Shown piece after piece: positions 28,034 to 38,368 of a stretch of DNA of 64,000 nucleotides (positions within the stretch are counted from its first letter, which is position 1; the number at the start of each line of letters is the position of its first letter). Source of the stretch: Candidatus Omnitrophota bacterium (GTDB taxonomy: Bacteria; Omnitrophota; Gorgyraeia; Duberdicusellales; 4484-171); the NCBI GenBank assembly GCA_003154195.1, contig PMCS01000006.1, forward strand, positions 17,676 through 81,675, read 5' to 3'. The position numbers were made by a program, and so were the translations under genes. The notes under the pieces were generated by a model, which was not told where the DNA came from, made no database searches, and saw only the letters and a program-made list of their open reading frames with translations.

Positions 28034-28363
28034 ATGGAAGAATTAGCTTATAAAATAAAAGCGGATTTTCTGGGAGCGTTGGCCCATCCGTTACGCCTCC
28101 AGGTAATCGAGTTTTTAAAAGGCGGCGAGAAAAACGTCGGAGCGATAATTAAGACACTGGGAATCCCCCAATCCAGTCTTTCCCGCCACCTGACTATCTT
28201 GAGGGAAACCGGCATATTGAAATCGCGGCAGCAGGGAACGACGATCTATTACGCTATCGACGACCGGGATATATTCAGCGTTCTGCGGCCGATTGCGGAA
28301 ATGCTGCGGAAGAAACTTAAAAAAACCGAAGCGGTTTTGAATAGTTTAGGCAAAGAGGAATGA
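28034..28363 (+). CDS. ArsR/SmtB family transcriptional regulator
   Basis: ALAHPLRLQVI, QSSLSRHLTILRETG, GTTIYY. Confidence 0.92.
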   Translation: MEELAYKIKADFLGALAHPLRLQVIEFLKGGEKNVGAIIKTLGIPQSSLSRHLTILRETGILKSRQQGTTIYYAIDDRDIFSVLRPIAEMLRKKLKKTEAVLNSLGKEE

Positions 28364-28409
28364 ATACCCGCCGATGCGTCGTGGCGGATTATCTAAAGGA
28401 GGAAGGGAA

Positions 28410-28637
28410 ATGCCGCAGGCAATAATGTTAACCCCCGGCGATATTATCGAATATACCGAAGGCCATAAAGCGCGAATTACCAAGATAAGAATAATTTCCA
28501 GCGGAGAGTTCGTGACGCAATGTAAACATGACGGAAACGGCGACGATGTTATCCTGACCCTGGATGATGGCCAGGGCATTATCAATTTCTGGCTTAAAGA
28601 CCGGGTTGTGCATAAAATGGCGGAAGCTAAACGATGA
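28410..28637 (+). CDS. Small hypothetical protein
   Basis: AGGAGG RBS; SH3/KOW-like start (LTPGDIIEYTEGHKARITKI). Confidence 0.65.
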   Translation: MPQAIMLTPGDIIEYTEGHKARITKIRIISSGEFVTQCKHDGNGDDVILTLDDGQGIINFWLKDRVVHKMAEAKR

Positions 28638-28696
28638 TCCTGGGGCTGTTGCGGTGTGCGCGGTTATATTTTACTTGTTTTTAAAGCGCTAAAGCT

Positions 28697-29596
28697 ATGG
28701 AACATTTTGATTTGGGGATTGCCTGGAATTGGGAACCGGACAATGAGTTTGTTGAAGGTTTACACAATGAAGCGCTGGGAAGGGGATTAAAGCCTTATTT
28801 GCTTCATGCTTATAATTTCTACAGTTCTTTGAAAGATATTGCCGAAAGCAATATCTATTTTCGTTTTTTCCTGAACCGGACCAATGAAAATGACAGCGCT
28901 TTTAACGGCCTATCGAATTTTTTAATGAGAAAAAATATCGCGGTTATTAACCGTCCCGATATCGCAAGAAGGTCGGAAGATAAATTTCTAATGCATGCCG
29001 AATTCAAGAAAAATAACATACCGGTGCCGGAAACTTTTTTTCTAATGCCCGGCGACGACAACTGTGTTCTCGAGGCAAAAATAAAAAATTTATCTAAGCC
29101 GTTTGTGCTGAAACCCGCTGCCGGTTCTTGCGGGGATGGGGTGGTTTTGGGCGCTAAATCGGTGGAAGATATTTTGCAATTACGCCGGACTCACGGCGAT
29201 ATTCCCTATCTAGCCCAGGAAAGGATTTTCCCGGAGGATTTAAAAAACAAACCGGCCTGGTTTCGGGTTTTTTGCTGCCATGGAAAAATCACACCTTGCT
29301 GGTGGCACCCCGAAACGCATGCCTATCGCGTCCTGGAACGTAACGAAATGGATAGATTTGAATTATCGCGCTTATTCCGTATAGCGGAACAAATTATCTC
29401 AGTTTGTAAGTTGGATTTTTTTACTACCGAGATAGCGGTCGACGGCAAAGGTGATTTTTTCGTGATCGATTATGCTAATGACCAGCCCGATATGCGCAAG
29501 CAATCTAAATTTAAGGACGGGGTGCCGGATAGAATAGTCGATGGGGTCATCGCTGATATCGTTTCGTTTGTAAAAATGGCGGAAAATAATCAATAA
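28697..29596 (+). CDS. ATP-grasp fold protein (RimK-like)
   Basis: DKFLMH, IPVPET, PFVLKPAAGSCGDGV, LAQE, VIDYAND. Confidence 0.8.
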   Translation: MEHFDLGIAWNWEPDNEFVEGLHNEALGRGLKPYLLHAYNFYSSLKDIAESNIYFRFFLNRTNENDSAFNGLSNFLMRKNIAVINRPDIARRSEDKFLMHAEFKKNNIPVPETFFLMPGDDNCVLEAKIKNLSKPFVLKPAAGSCGDGVVLGAKSVEDILQLRRTHGDIPYLAQERIFPEDLKNKPAWFRVFCCHGKITPCWWHPETHAYRVLERNEMDRFELSRLFRIAEQIISVCKLDFFTTEIAVDGKGDFFVIDYANDQPDMRKQSKFKDGVPDRIVDGVIADIVSFVKMAENNQ

Positions 29597-29796
29597 CGTT
29601 TGCGCCAGTTTCGCGGGCGCAGGGCGATATGGGAAATGTATTTGGCCCCCGGCTCCACGAGCCGCTGGCTCGGAGAGTGAAATACATTTTTTGTCCTAAG
29701 AGCCGGCCGATTTAAATTGAATCGGCAAATTCAATTTTAGAAAGGCTGCGCTTGAAATCAGGATAAAGGCATAATGGTTAAAAGGAGGAGGTTGGT

Positions 29797-30222
29797 ATGG
29801 TTAAGGCGGCACGATTGATGGCTTTCAGTCTGGCGGCAACGTTAATTATGGGGGCGGGGGTTCTGCTTTACGCCCAAGAAAAAAACGAACCGAAAATTAC
29901 TTTCCTGACCGGTGAAGTAGTATCGGTGGATTCAGATGCGTCAACAGTGGTGATAAAACAGCTTATCGACGTGGCGGCAAATACATATAAAGATGCCGAT
30001 ATAGCGGTTTTACCGGAAACCAAAATTATCAGAGGCGATGCCGCGTTGACGCTTTCGGAGCTTAACGCCGGTGACAAAGTTGAGGTAGAATCGAAAATCG
30101 ACGCTTCAGGAAAATCAAAGGTAACGGCTATTACCGTTGAGCCTAAAGAAGCAGCAAAGGAAGCAGTGACGGAAGCAGCAAGCGAAGCGGTACCGGCCGG
30201 TAACGATACATCTGACAGATAA
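29797..30222 (+). CDS. Exported OB-fold-like protein
   Basis: Signal peptide; GEVVSVD ... LSELNAGDKVEV. Confidence 0.75.
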   Translation: MVKAARLMAFSLAATLIMGAGVLLYAQEKNEPKITFLTGEVVSVDSDASTVVIKQLIDVAANTYKDADIAVLPETKIIRGDAALTLSELNAGDKVEVESKIDASGKSKVTAITVEPKEAAKEAVTEAASEAVPAGNDTSDR

Positions 30223-30225
30223 TAA

Positions 30226-30262
30226 ATAGCGGCGGCGTAAGTAATTTCGCCGCCGCTATTTT
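30226..30262 (+). terminator. Intrinsic terminator
   Basis: atagcggcggcg...cgccgccgctat followed by T residues. Confidence 0.7.
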
Positions 30263-30327
30263 CTAATATTTGTTTTTTGTTTCGAAAAAAATCAGGGAAT
30301 GCATCGGTTAAGAATTATCGGCGTATC

Positions 30328-30356
30328 TTGACAAAAGATACTGCTGCGTATAAAAT
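30328..30356 (+). promoter_or_regulatory. sigma70-type promoter
   Basis: TTGACA-17 bp-TAAAAT. Confidence 0.55.
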
Positions 30357-30516
30357 ATTAATTACTAAGACTTGAGTTTTTCAAGCCGTAGGCGCAGAAA
30401 AACGATTAGTCGCAGTTATACCCCGCGGCTTGCCGCAGGGAGGTTCATTAGTTTTTATATTTTTTTAAGTTCACTAATATCCTATTAACTTATTCAAATC
30501 TATAGTGAGGTGGAGA

Positions 30517-30978
30517 ATGGCAAAGAAAATATTTCTAGCTGTCGCGGTGGTTTTATTTCTTGCTGGTTGCGGTACCGGCAAAAAGATAAACGTTTTGGAG
30601 ACAAAAGTCGATTCCCTGGAAGGTAAGATTAATTCCGTGGAAGGGCGTCAGAGTTCTATCGAGACACAGGCGGGGGATTCGCGGGAATCTATCGGTTATG
30701 TAAAAGGAAAAGTCGATGGTATGCCCAAGGGCCCTTCGACGGTAGTCGTTACCGGCTCCCAGGGCAATAACGGCGGTTTTTCCGGTAAAAAACGGTTGAC
30801 TAACAAGGAAATCCAAACTACGTTGAAAGACGCCGGTTATTATTCCGGGAATATCGATGGAAAACTCGGTAAAAATACTAAAAAGGCGATAAAGGAGTTC
30901 CAGAAAGCAAATGGTTTGAAAGTCGACGGCGTAGCCGGCGACGCGACAATGAGCATGCTGTCGCAATACCTTAAATGA
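30517..30978 (+). CDS. Lipoprotein with coiled coil and peptidoglycan-binding domain
   Basis: Lipobox LAGC; IQTTLKDAGYY..IDGKLGKNTKKAIKEFQKANGLKVDGVAG. Confidence 0.9.
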   Translation: MAKKIFLAVAVVLFLAGCGTGKKINVLETKVDSLEGKINSVEGRQSSIETQAGDSRESIGYVKGKVDGMPKGPSTVVVTGSQGNNGGFSGKKRLTNKEIQTTLKDAGYYSGNIDGKLGKNTKKAIKEFQKANGLKVDGVAGDATMSMLSQYLK

Positions 30979-31301
30979 ATTTATCCTACGGCAAGCCGCA
31001 GGATAAATTCATCGGCAAATCCGCCGAGGCGGATTTGGAAAAACTCAAGAAACTTCGGTCTCACCGAAGGTGAGGCCTCACAACTACCATAAAAAATAAG
31101 GATTATGCCTTATTGATAGGGTAAGTAATCTTCGAAAGGCTGCGTATCTTAATCTTGCCTTTGATGATGCCGATTGCCGCATAAAAATTTTCATAATCGT
31201 TTTCCTGCAAGAAAAAATTTATCTCGTAATTATTATTTTGGGGGTTGACTTTTATCTCCGAAATGGACCGATGTTATTTTTTTTACGGAGTAAAAAATAA
31301 A

Positions 31302-33137
31302 ATGGGATATTTTAATGCGTCGATGTCTTTTTCTTTTGACTATCTCTCTCTGTTTTTTCTTGCCGTTATCGCCGTCGTATCTGTTCCCAGCGCGGTATAT
31401 TCTGTAGGCTACCTGAAGGGAGAATATCCGCGGGCAAAAATTATTTTTGCCTGGTTTTTGCTCGTTATGTTTATCCTGGCGATGGTTTTGGTAGTTACGG
31501 TCAGCAACGCATTCGTTTTTCTTATCGTCTGGGAAACGATGTCGCTGGTTTCCTATTTTCTTGTTACTTTCGATAACGAACAAGAAAAATCGTTACGCGC
31601 GGGGATAATTTACATTGTCATGACCCATGTCGGTACGGCATTGATCACGGCGGCGATTTTAACAATGTTTCAGTACAGCCATTCTTTTGATTTTGCGGCG
31701 CTTAAATCCGGTTGCCAAATTATGCCGGAAAATACTAAGAATTTCGTTTTTATTCTCCTTTTTTTCGGTTTTGGCGCCAAAGCCGGGGTAGTGCCTCTGC
31801 ACATCTGGCTTCCTTACGCTCATCCCCAGGCGCCCAGTCACGTATCCGGCATCATGTCGGGGGTAATGATTAAAATCGCCATATATGGGATATTGCGTTT
31901 TGTCATATGCATCCTGGGAGTAACGGCGATGTGGTGGGGAAATATGATTTTAATCATCGCTTCAATTTCCTGCGTTGTAGGGGTTATGTATGCGCTTATG
32001 GAGCATGATATAAAAAAACTTTTAGCCTACCATAGCGTCGAAAATATCGGAATAATTTTGCTGGGTATCGGGGCGGGGATGGTGTTTTTAAAAATGGACC
32101 TTCCCGTCCTGGCGGTTTTTGCGTTTTGCGCCGGGCTCTATCATCTGATCAATCACGCGATCTTCAAGGGGCTGTTATTTTTATGCGCCGGCAGCGTGTA
32201 CAAAGCGACCGGAACGCGCGACATCGAAAAACTGGGCGGCCTCATCAAAGTCATGCCGCGCACGGCGCTGTTTTTTTTAATCGGCTCCATCGCGATTTCC
32301 GGCCTGCCGCCCTTAAACGGCTTTGTCAGCGAATGGCTTACGCTTCAGGCTTTTTTTCTGGGGGCTTTAGCCGGTACTGCCGGCACGAAAATTTTTATGG
32401 GGTTGTGTGCCGCGGTTTTGGCGCTGACCGGCGGCCTTGCCGCCGCGTGTTTCGCGAAAGCCTTCGGGGTAACTTTCTTAGCGATGCCGCGCAGCGCGCG
32501 CGCGGCTAACGCGAAAGAAGTTTCACTGAGCATGAAATCGGCAATGTTTTTTCTGTCTTTGCTTACGGTCATCTTCGGCTTATTCCCGGCGGTAATAATG
32601 AAAATATTAGTCAAAGTTTCCGGCGAGATAACAGGGATCGATACCGCGGCCATGAGTTTTAGCCTGAATAATTTTTCCCTCGCGCCGCAACCCGCGAACC
32701 GCGCGTGTTTATCGAATCCTTTGCTGGCATTAATCCTTATTTTCTTTTGCGGTTTAGCGGCGGCCGTGTATTATCTATTGCCGGGGCGTAGGAATACCGT
32801 AAAAAACCGAACATGGGATTGCGGGTATTATAAGCTGGATAGCCGTAACGAATATACCGCTACGGCATTTTCCAAACCTTTCCGGGCGGCGTTCAGCTTT
32901 TTCTTTTTGCCTTATCGAAAAACCGAAAAAATACGGGAGTCTTTTTATCATGTAAAATATTTCAAATACGAAACGTTCACTACGCCTATTTTCAAACAAT
33001 ATATTTACGACCCGATCGTCAACGCGATATTTATGGCCGCCGGCTACATGCGCCGGATCCAGCGGGGGAGTATCCATCTATATATCGCGTATATTTTTAT
33101 TACTCTATTGGGGCTTATCATTTTTTATCGAGGATAA
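31302..33137 (+). CDS. hyfB: Hydrogenase-4/Ehr antiporter-like subunit B
   Basis: WETMSL, KAGVVPLHIWLPYAHPQAPS, KKLLAYHSVENIG, PPLNGFVSEW, TWDCGY; start position uncertain. Confidence 0.88.
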   Translation: MGYFNASMSFSFDYLSLFFLAVIAVVSVPSAVYSVGYLKGEYPRAKIIFAWFLLVMFILAMVLVVTVSNAFVFLIVWETMSLVSYFLVTFDNEQEKSLRAGIIYIVMTHVGTALITAAILTMFQYSHSFDFAALKSGCQIMPENTKNFVFILLFFGFGAKAGVVPLHIWLPYAHPQAPSHVSGIMSGVMIKIAIYGILRFVICILGVTAMWWGNMILIIASISCVVGVMYALMEHDIKKLLAYHSVENIGIILLGIGAGMVFLKMDLPVLAVFAFCAGLYHLINHAIFKGLLFLCAGSVYKATGTRDIEKLGGLIKVMPRTALFFLIGSIAISGLPPLNGFVSEWLTLQAFFLGALAGTAGTKIFMGLCAAVLALTGGLAAACFAKAFGVTFLAMPRSARAANAKEVSLSMKSAMFFLSLLTVIFGLFPAVIMKILVKVSGEITGIDTAAMSFSLNNFSLAPQPANRACLSNPLLALILIFFCGLAAAVYYLLPGRRNTVKNRTWDCGYYKLDSRNEYTATAFSKPFRAAFSFFFLPYRKTEKIRESFYHVKYFKYETFTTPIFKQYIYDPIVNAIFMAAGYMRRIQRGSIHLYIAYIFITLLGLIIFYRG

Positions 33138-33151
33138 AATAGCGAGGCATT

Positions 33152-34072
33152 ATGAAAACGATTGTTGTTATCGGGCAAACGTTATTGGTAATCTTGCTTG
33201 CGCCGTTAATCGGCGGCTTCATCCGTAAGATTAAAAATAATTTACGGATGCGCAAGGGCGCGCCGGTTTTACAGCCTTACTATAATTTGAGTAAGCTTTT
33301 CATCAAGCAAGAGGTCGTATCGGATAATTCTTCCTGGATATTTAAAATCACACCATTTATCGTATTGGGGGCGGCAGTCACGGCATTATTACTGGTGCCA
33401 TTTTTTCATACCGGTTTTTCCCTAAGTAATATCGGAGATTTTTTTGCGCTGATATTTATTTTATCGTTAGGCCGTTTTTTTCTCGCTCTCGCCGGCTTAG
33501 ACACCGCCAGTTCGTTCGGCGGTATGGGATCTTCCCGGGAAATGTTTTTATCCAGCCTGGTGGAACCGACGGCAATCCTTGCCGTAATGGCGGTTTCTTT
33601 GAATGCCGGTTCGACCAATCTTGAAATGATCGCAAATGTTGGGGCGATACCGGTTTCTTCGTTATTAGCCGCCTTAGCGTTATTTTTAGTCACAATCGTC
33701 GAGACCGGCCGTATCCCCATCGATAATCAGGAAACCCATCTTGAACTTACCATGATTCATGAAGCGATGGTTTTAGAGTATTCCGGACGATCCCTGGCAA
33801 TGATCGAATTGGCCGCGTATATAAAACAAGCAATATTTTTTTCCTTGATTGCCGGCATTATATTACCGTTCAGTATTGTTTATCCGTTTAGTTACGCGCA
33901 GGTTTTAGCCGGTTTCGCGCTATTCGGCGGAGAGATAGTTGCTATTGCCGTCATAACGGCGGTCACGGAAGTTTCGATTGCGAAAATGCGTTTATTCCGG
34001 GCGGTAGATTTTTTAGCGTTTTCTTTCGCCCTGGGGATTATGGCGGTCGTCGCCCAGTCAATACGGTTGTAA
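33152..34072 (+). CDS. hyfC: Hydrogenase-4/Ehr subunit C (NuoH-like)
   Basis: RKGAPVLQPY, FGGMGSSRE, ETGRIPIDN, HLELTMIHEAMVLEYSG. Confidence 0.9.
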   Translation: MKTIVVIGQTLLVILLAPLIGGFIRKIKNNLRMRKGAPVLQPYYNLSKLFIKQEVVSDNSSWIFKITPFIVLGAAVTALLLVPFFHTGFSLSNIGDFFALIFILSLGRFFLALAGLDTASSFGGMGSSREMFLSSLVEPTAILAVMAVSLNAGSTNLEMIANVGAIPVSSLLAALALFLVTIVETGRIPIDNQETHLELTMIHEAMVLEYSGRSLAMIELAAYIKQAIFFSLIAGIILPFSIVYPFSYAQVLAGFALFGGEIVAIAVITAVTEVSIAKMRLFRAVDFLAFSFALGIMAVVAQSIRL

Positions 34073-34178
34073 GGCATTTAGTATCGTGGTAGTTTTTACA
34101 TTATCAGGAAATGGCTGCGTAGTTTTTTAATTCGTCTTTTCGGGAAGATGGGGTTAATATATTTTTCCGGGGGGTGAA

Positions 34179-34433
34179 TTTATTTTTTGCGCAGTAAACC
34201 CCCTCGCTAACGCTTCAGGGGTTCACCGCCTCCCTGATAATTATATCAAGGAAGCGGGATCCCGCCGAGTGAAACGCAGGCGGGAAATTCGACTACCGCC
34301 TCGTCTGGCGACCCCGCCATCCCATAGATGGCGAGGTCTCGTCAATTCGTTTAACGAATTGACGGACTTCAGGCTTGATAATTCAACTAAGCCCTGGGTA
34401 CCGGGCTAGTTTCATTACGGCGAAGTCTCATTA
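34179..34433 (+). repeat. Composite palindromic element (CTCATTA family, long form)
   Basis: Shares modules with 51903-52127, 44284-44490 and 27744-27870. Confidence 0.8.
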
Positions 34434-34440
34434 ATAATTT

Positions 34441-35079
34441 ATGCAAATCGATATATTTTTATTCGGCATGTTAATCGCTAATTTTTTGATGGTTGCGGCG
34501 AAAAGAATTTCCGCTTTAATCAACGGGTTTTGCCTGCAGGCATTGTTGCTTTTTTTAGCTACCTTGATTCTGGCCATCCGTTCAAAAAATATTGAGTTGT
34601 ATATTGTGGCTTTTTTGCTGTTTCTTTTAAAAGTAGTTTTAGTCCCTTATTTTTTACGGCGGATCGTGAAACGGATAAAAGTAGAGGAGAATCTCGGGCT
34701 TTTTGTCAATTCGGCCCTCTCTTTATTTTTAGTCTTAATCTTTACTTATATGGCTTACCTTTTTGCTTCCACATTTATGCCCGTAGGCGAAAGCGTTAAC
34801 GGTATTTCCTGCGTCATCTCGTTATCGGTGATGATGACCGGTGTTTTTATGATGATTTCGCGCATAAAAGCACTGACGCAGATTATCGGGCTTTTAGTCA
34901 TCGAAAACGGTTTGTTTGTGTTTGCCGCGGCAGTTTCCGGCGGCATGCCTTTCATCGTGGAGATAGCGATTTTCTTTGATGTTTTTGTTTGCGTCATAAT
35001 TTTGGGTATTTTTGTTTATCGAATCAACCGGCTTTTTACGCATATTGATGTCAACAAATTAAGGAACCTGAAGGGGTAG
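34441..35079 (+). CDS. hyfE: Hydrogenase-4/Ehr subunit E
   Basis: Hydrophobic; QIIGLLVIENG, GMPFIVEIAIFFDV. Confidence 0.88.
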   Translation: MQIDIFLFGMLIANFLMVAAKRISALINGFCLQALLLFLATLILAIRSKNIELYIVAFLLFLLKVVLVPYFLRRIVKRIKVEENLGLFVNSALSLFLVLIFTYMAYLFASTFMPVGESVNGISCVISLSVMMTGVFMMISRIKALTQIIGLLVIENGLFVFAAAVSGGMPFIVEIAIFFDVFVCVIILGIFVYRINRLFTHIDVNKLRNLKG

Positions 35080-35152
35080 CGCTTGACCAGTTTTTAAACG
35101 CAAGGCGCGTAGGGAATGCGCGCCGCCCAATCGGGTGTCCAGAGGTTATGCG

Positions 35153-36610
35153 ATGCAGTTATTCTATATTCTTGCTCTGCCCTTGCTGCTGATGCTTGTC
35201 CCGGTATTTATAAAAAATAATCGGGTAATCGGGATAATCAATGCGGTAGGGTATTTTTCCCTTTTATTGCCGGCTTTAACCCTGGCGCGTAACTTAGCTT
35301 CCGGCGGTTCCGGGATATCTTTTTTTAACTTTTTCTATGTCGATTCGTTAAGCGCTTTTTTTATTTTGACTACCGCGGTAGTCGGATTTGCCTCCAGCCT
35401 TTATTCCATCGATTATATCGCTAAAGAAACCGCGCATGGCGTTATTTCCGGGAAAAAAGCGAAAATATACTACGCCCTTTTTAATTTATTTCTTTTCTCC
35501 ATGTTTTTCGCGCTCACCGTAAACAACCTGGGGATGTTGTGGGCGGCGATTGAGATGACTACCCTTGCTTCAGCCTTTCTCGTGGGTTTTTACAATACCG
35601 GCGAATCGGTAGAAGCGGCGTGGAAATATATAATTATTTGTTCGGTCGGCATCGCCATCGCCCTTTTCGGGACAATACTTTTTTATTACGCGTTATCCGG
35701 CTCCGGCACGAACAGCCTTAACTGGACGGATATGGCGATGGCCGCCAAAAAACTTGATCCGCGTGTCCTGAAAATCGCATTTTTATTTATTCTGGTCGGT
35801 TATGGGACTAAGGCTGGTGTCGCTCCGATGCACACCTGGCTTCCCGATGCCCATAGCCAGGCGCTTACGCCGATCAGCGCGTTGTTGTCGGCGGTGTTGT
35901 TGAAAACCGCCCTTTACGCGATTTTGCGTTTCGCGATTATCGTAAATAAATGCGCCGGGGAGCAGTATTGCGGAAATTTATTTATATTTTTCGGTTTATT
36001 ATCTTTAGGGATTTCCGCCGGGTTTGTGATTTTGCAAAAAGATATCAAGCGGTTGCTGGCTTACAGCAGTATCGAACATATCGGCGTGGTTCTCGTAGGT
36101 TTTGGTATTTCCGGCGTCCTGGGGATTTATGGCGCGCTAATGCATGTTTTTAACCATGCCGCGGCAAAATCGCTGATGTTTTTTTGCGCCGGTAATATTT
36201 TAAAAAACTACAAGACTACCAACATGAATGTTATCCGCGGCTTAGGCAAAGTCCTGCCGTTTACCGGCGTCGTGGCAATTTTAGGAGCGTTTGCTCTTTC
36301 CGGTTCGCCGCCATTCTCTCTTTTTATCAGCGAAATTATGATTTTAGCCGCCGCCTTTTCCAAAGGCTCCTACATCGTTTGCGCGCTATTTATTATTTTT
36401 CTTTCGGTGGCCTTCGCGGCGATTGTCTACAACCTGAGCCGGGTAGTTTTCGGCAAAAAGCCTGAAGGGATGGTTGTGGAGGGGGAGGCGTTGAGTACGA
36501 AACTGGCGTTTGTTTTTTTATTCGTCTTGATTTGTGTTTTAGGCGTGAAGATTCCCGCGTTTTTTAACGATATCTTAACCGCCGCGGGAAAAGTAGTAAG
36601 CGGGGCTTAA
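35153..36610 (+). CDS. hyfF: Hydrogenase-4/Ehr subunit F
   Basis: EAAWKY, GYGTKAGVAPMHTWLPDAHSQA, KRLLAYSSIEHIG. Confidence 0.9.
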   Translation: MQLFYILALPLLLMLVPVFIKNNRVIGIINAVGYFSLLLPALTLARNLASGGSGISFFNFFYVDSLSAFFILTTAVVGFASSLYSIDYIAKETAHGVISGKKAKIYYALFNLFLFSMFFALTVNNLGMLWAAIEMTTLASAFLVGFYNTGESVEAAWKYIIICSVGIAIALFGTILFYYALSGSGTNSLNWTDMAMAAKKLDPRVLKIAFLFILVGYGTKAGVAPMHTWLPDAHSQALTPISALLSAVLLKTALYAILRFAIIVNKCAGEQYCGNLFIFFGLLSLGISAGFVILQKDIKRLLAYSSIEHIGVVLVGFGISGVLGIYGALMHVFNHAAAKSLMFFCAGNILKNYKTTNMNVIRGLGKVLPFTGVVAILGAFALSGSPPFSLFISEIMILAAAFSKGSYIVCALFIIFLSVAFAAIVYNLSRVVFGKKPEGMVVEGEALSTKLAFVFLFVLICVLGVKIPAFFNDILTAAGKVVSGA

Positions 36611-36615
36611 TCAAT

Positions 36616-38208
36616 ATGCCGGCAAGTTACGAAAAAATCATCAGCGAACTTAAGGAGAAAACCGGAGCTATTCCGCTGCGGCTGGATTATCCTGCCGCGG
36701 ATGAGGCCTATCTCGAAGTTTCTTTATCTGATTTTAACAAAACCTGTTTATGGTTCCACAAGAAGTTTAATTCCCCGGTGATGGCTTTTTTTGCCGTGGA
36801 CGAACGAAAACTCTCCGGCGCCTACGCTATCTATTGCTTGTTTTTAGCGCTGGACGGCAAAAAATGGCTGTTTACGCGCGCGGCGATACCGCAGGATTAC
36901 CCTCGCTTTAATTCTTTAGCCCGGGAAATCTATTCCGCCAGTCGATTTGAGCGGGAGATAAAAGAGATGTTTGGGATCGAACCGGCCGGCAATCCCGATA
37001 CGCGCCGGTTAAATCTGCACGATGAAGTCTGGCCGGCCGGATTTTATCCTTTGCGCAAGGATTTTGATTCCCGTGCGGTACAATCCGGCGAACGGGGGGA
37101 ATATAAATTCGACCGTATCGACGGAGAGGGGGTATTCGAAATCCCCGTAGGGCCGGTACACGCTGGGATAATCGGGCCGGGGCATTTCCGTTTCAGCGTG
37201 GCCGGAGAGCCGATTATCAACCTGGAAATCCGGCTGGGGTTTACCCATCGCGGTGTGGAGAAACTTTTTGAAGGTAAGGATGCGCATACCGGCATAGAAC
37301 TTTCCGAACGCGTTTGCGGCGATGCGGCATTCAGCCATTCACTTTCTTTCTGCCGGGCGATGGAAAAAATAGCTAAGGCTGAACTGCCGGAGCGGGCGCA
37401 ATATTTACGGGCGATATTCCTTGAACTGGAACGGATGTATAATCATGTCAACGATATTGCCGGGATCGCTCTCGACGTCGGGTTTACCTTTGCCGCCGGA
37501 TACGCCGCGGTGATCAAAGAGTCGCTGCTGGGCGTTAATGAAAAATTAACCGGCAGCCGGTACCTTAAGGGCGTGAACGTCTTGGGCGGAGTTTGCCGGG
37601 ATATCGAAGGCGATAAAAAAATATTTTTGAAAAATTACCTCGTCGATACTGGGAACGATTTTAACCGGCTGACCGCGATGCTTTATTCCAGTACTTCGTT
37701 TATGGATCGGGTGGACGGAACGGGGATCTTGAAACGAAAAACTGCTTTCGATTTTGGAGTAACAGGATTGGCCGGCCGCGCCTGCGGTATCGGGCTGGAT
37801 TTACGTAAAAACTTCGAAGAAGTTTATAATAAAGTAAATTTTAAAGCGGCAAAAGAAGAAAAAGGTGATGTCCTGGCGCGGCTTAATGCGAGAATAAAAG
37901 AATTCGAGGAATCCCGGCGGTTGATAAAATATTTTCTCGCCAAGCTGGATGAGGTAAAAACCGGATTGGCCGCGGCCGCTGGGCCGGCAAGAGAAGGCTT
38001 CGGCCTGGGCTATTGTGAATCCTGGCGCGGTCCCTTGCTCTATTGGGTAAAATTGGACGCGGCAGGCCGGATTGAGCGCTGTAAGATAACTGATGCCTCG
38101 GTACATAATTGGCAGGGGTTAGCTTACTCGGTTTTAGGCAACATTATTCCTGATTTTCCGGTTTGCAATAAAAGTTTTGATTTATCCTATGCCGCTAACG
38201 ATTTATAA
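36616..38208 (+). CDS. Ehr large subunit (HycE/HyfG-like NuoC-NuoD fusion) lacking NiFe ligands
   Basis: EREIKEMFG, PLRKDF, GPVHAGII, ERVCGD; C-terminus PDFPVCNKSFDLSYAANDL. Confidence 0.9.
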   Translation: MPASYEKIISELKEKTGAIPLRLDYPAADEAYLEVSLSDFNKTCLWFHKKFNSPVMAFFAVDERKLSGAYAIYCLFLALDGKKWLFTRAAIPQDYPRFNSLAREIYSASRFEREIKEMFGIEPAGNPDTRRLNLHDEVWPAGFYPLRKDFDSRAVQSGERGEYKFDRIDGEGVFEIPVGPVHAGIIGPGHFRFSVAGEPIINLEIRLGFTHRGVEKLFEGKDAHTGIELSERVCGDAAFSHSLSFCRAMEKIAKAELPERAQYLRAIFLELERMYNHVNDIAGIALDVGFTFAAGYAAVIKESLLGVNEKLTGSRYLKGVNVLGGVCRDIEGDKKIFLKNYLVDTGNDFNRLTAMLYSSTSFMDRVDGTGILKRKTAFDFGVTGLAGRACGIGLDLRKNFEEVYNKVNFKAAKEEKGDVLARLNARIKEFEESRRLIKYFLAKLDEVKTGLAAAAGPAREGFGLGYCESWRGPLLYWVKLDAAGRIERCKITDASVHNWQGLAYSVLGNIIPDFPVCNKSFDLSYAANDL

Positions 38209-38368
38209 AAAATTCGCTGATTTTTCCATATTTTTTGCTTATTTTTTATCCGTGACAATCGGTGTTGATCGGTGGCAAAAAAGTTTTTTGGCCACGGATT
38301 GTCACTGATATGCACGGATTAATAAATAAAATTCTGTGGTTGTTTTTGACAAAACAAAGAGGACATTT

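Noticed and set aside
10975-31039. Two copies of one element exactly 20,000 bp apart
   Set aside because: No other periodicity; treated as coincidence
36616-38208. True group 4 NiFe hydrogenase
   Set aside because: Both CxxC nickel-binding motifs are incomplete
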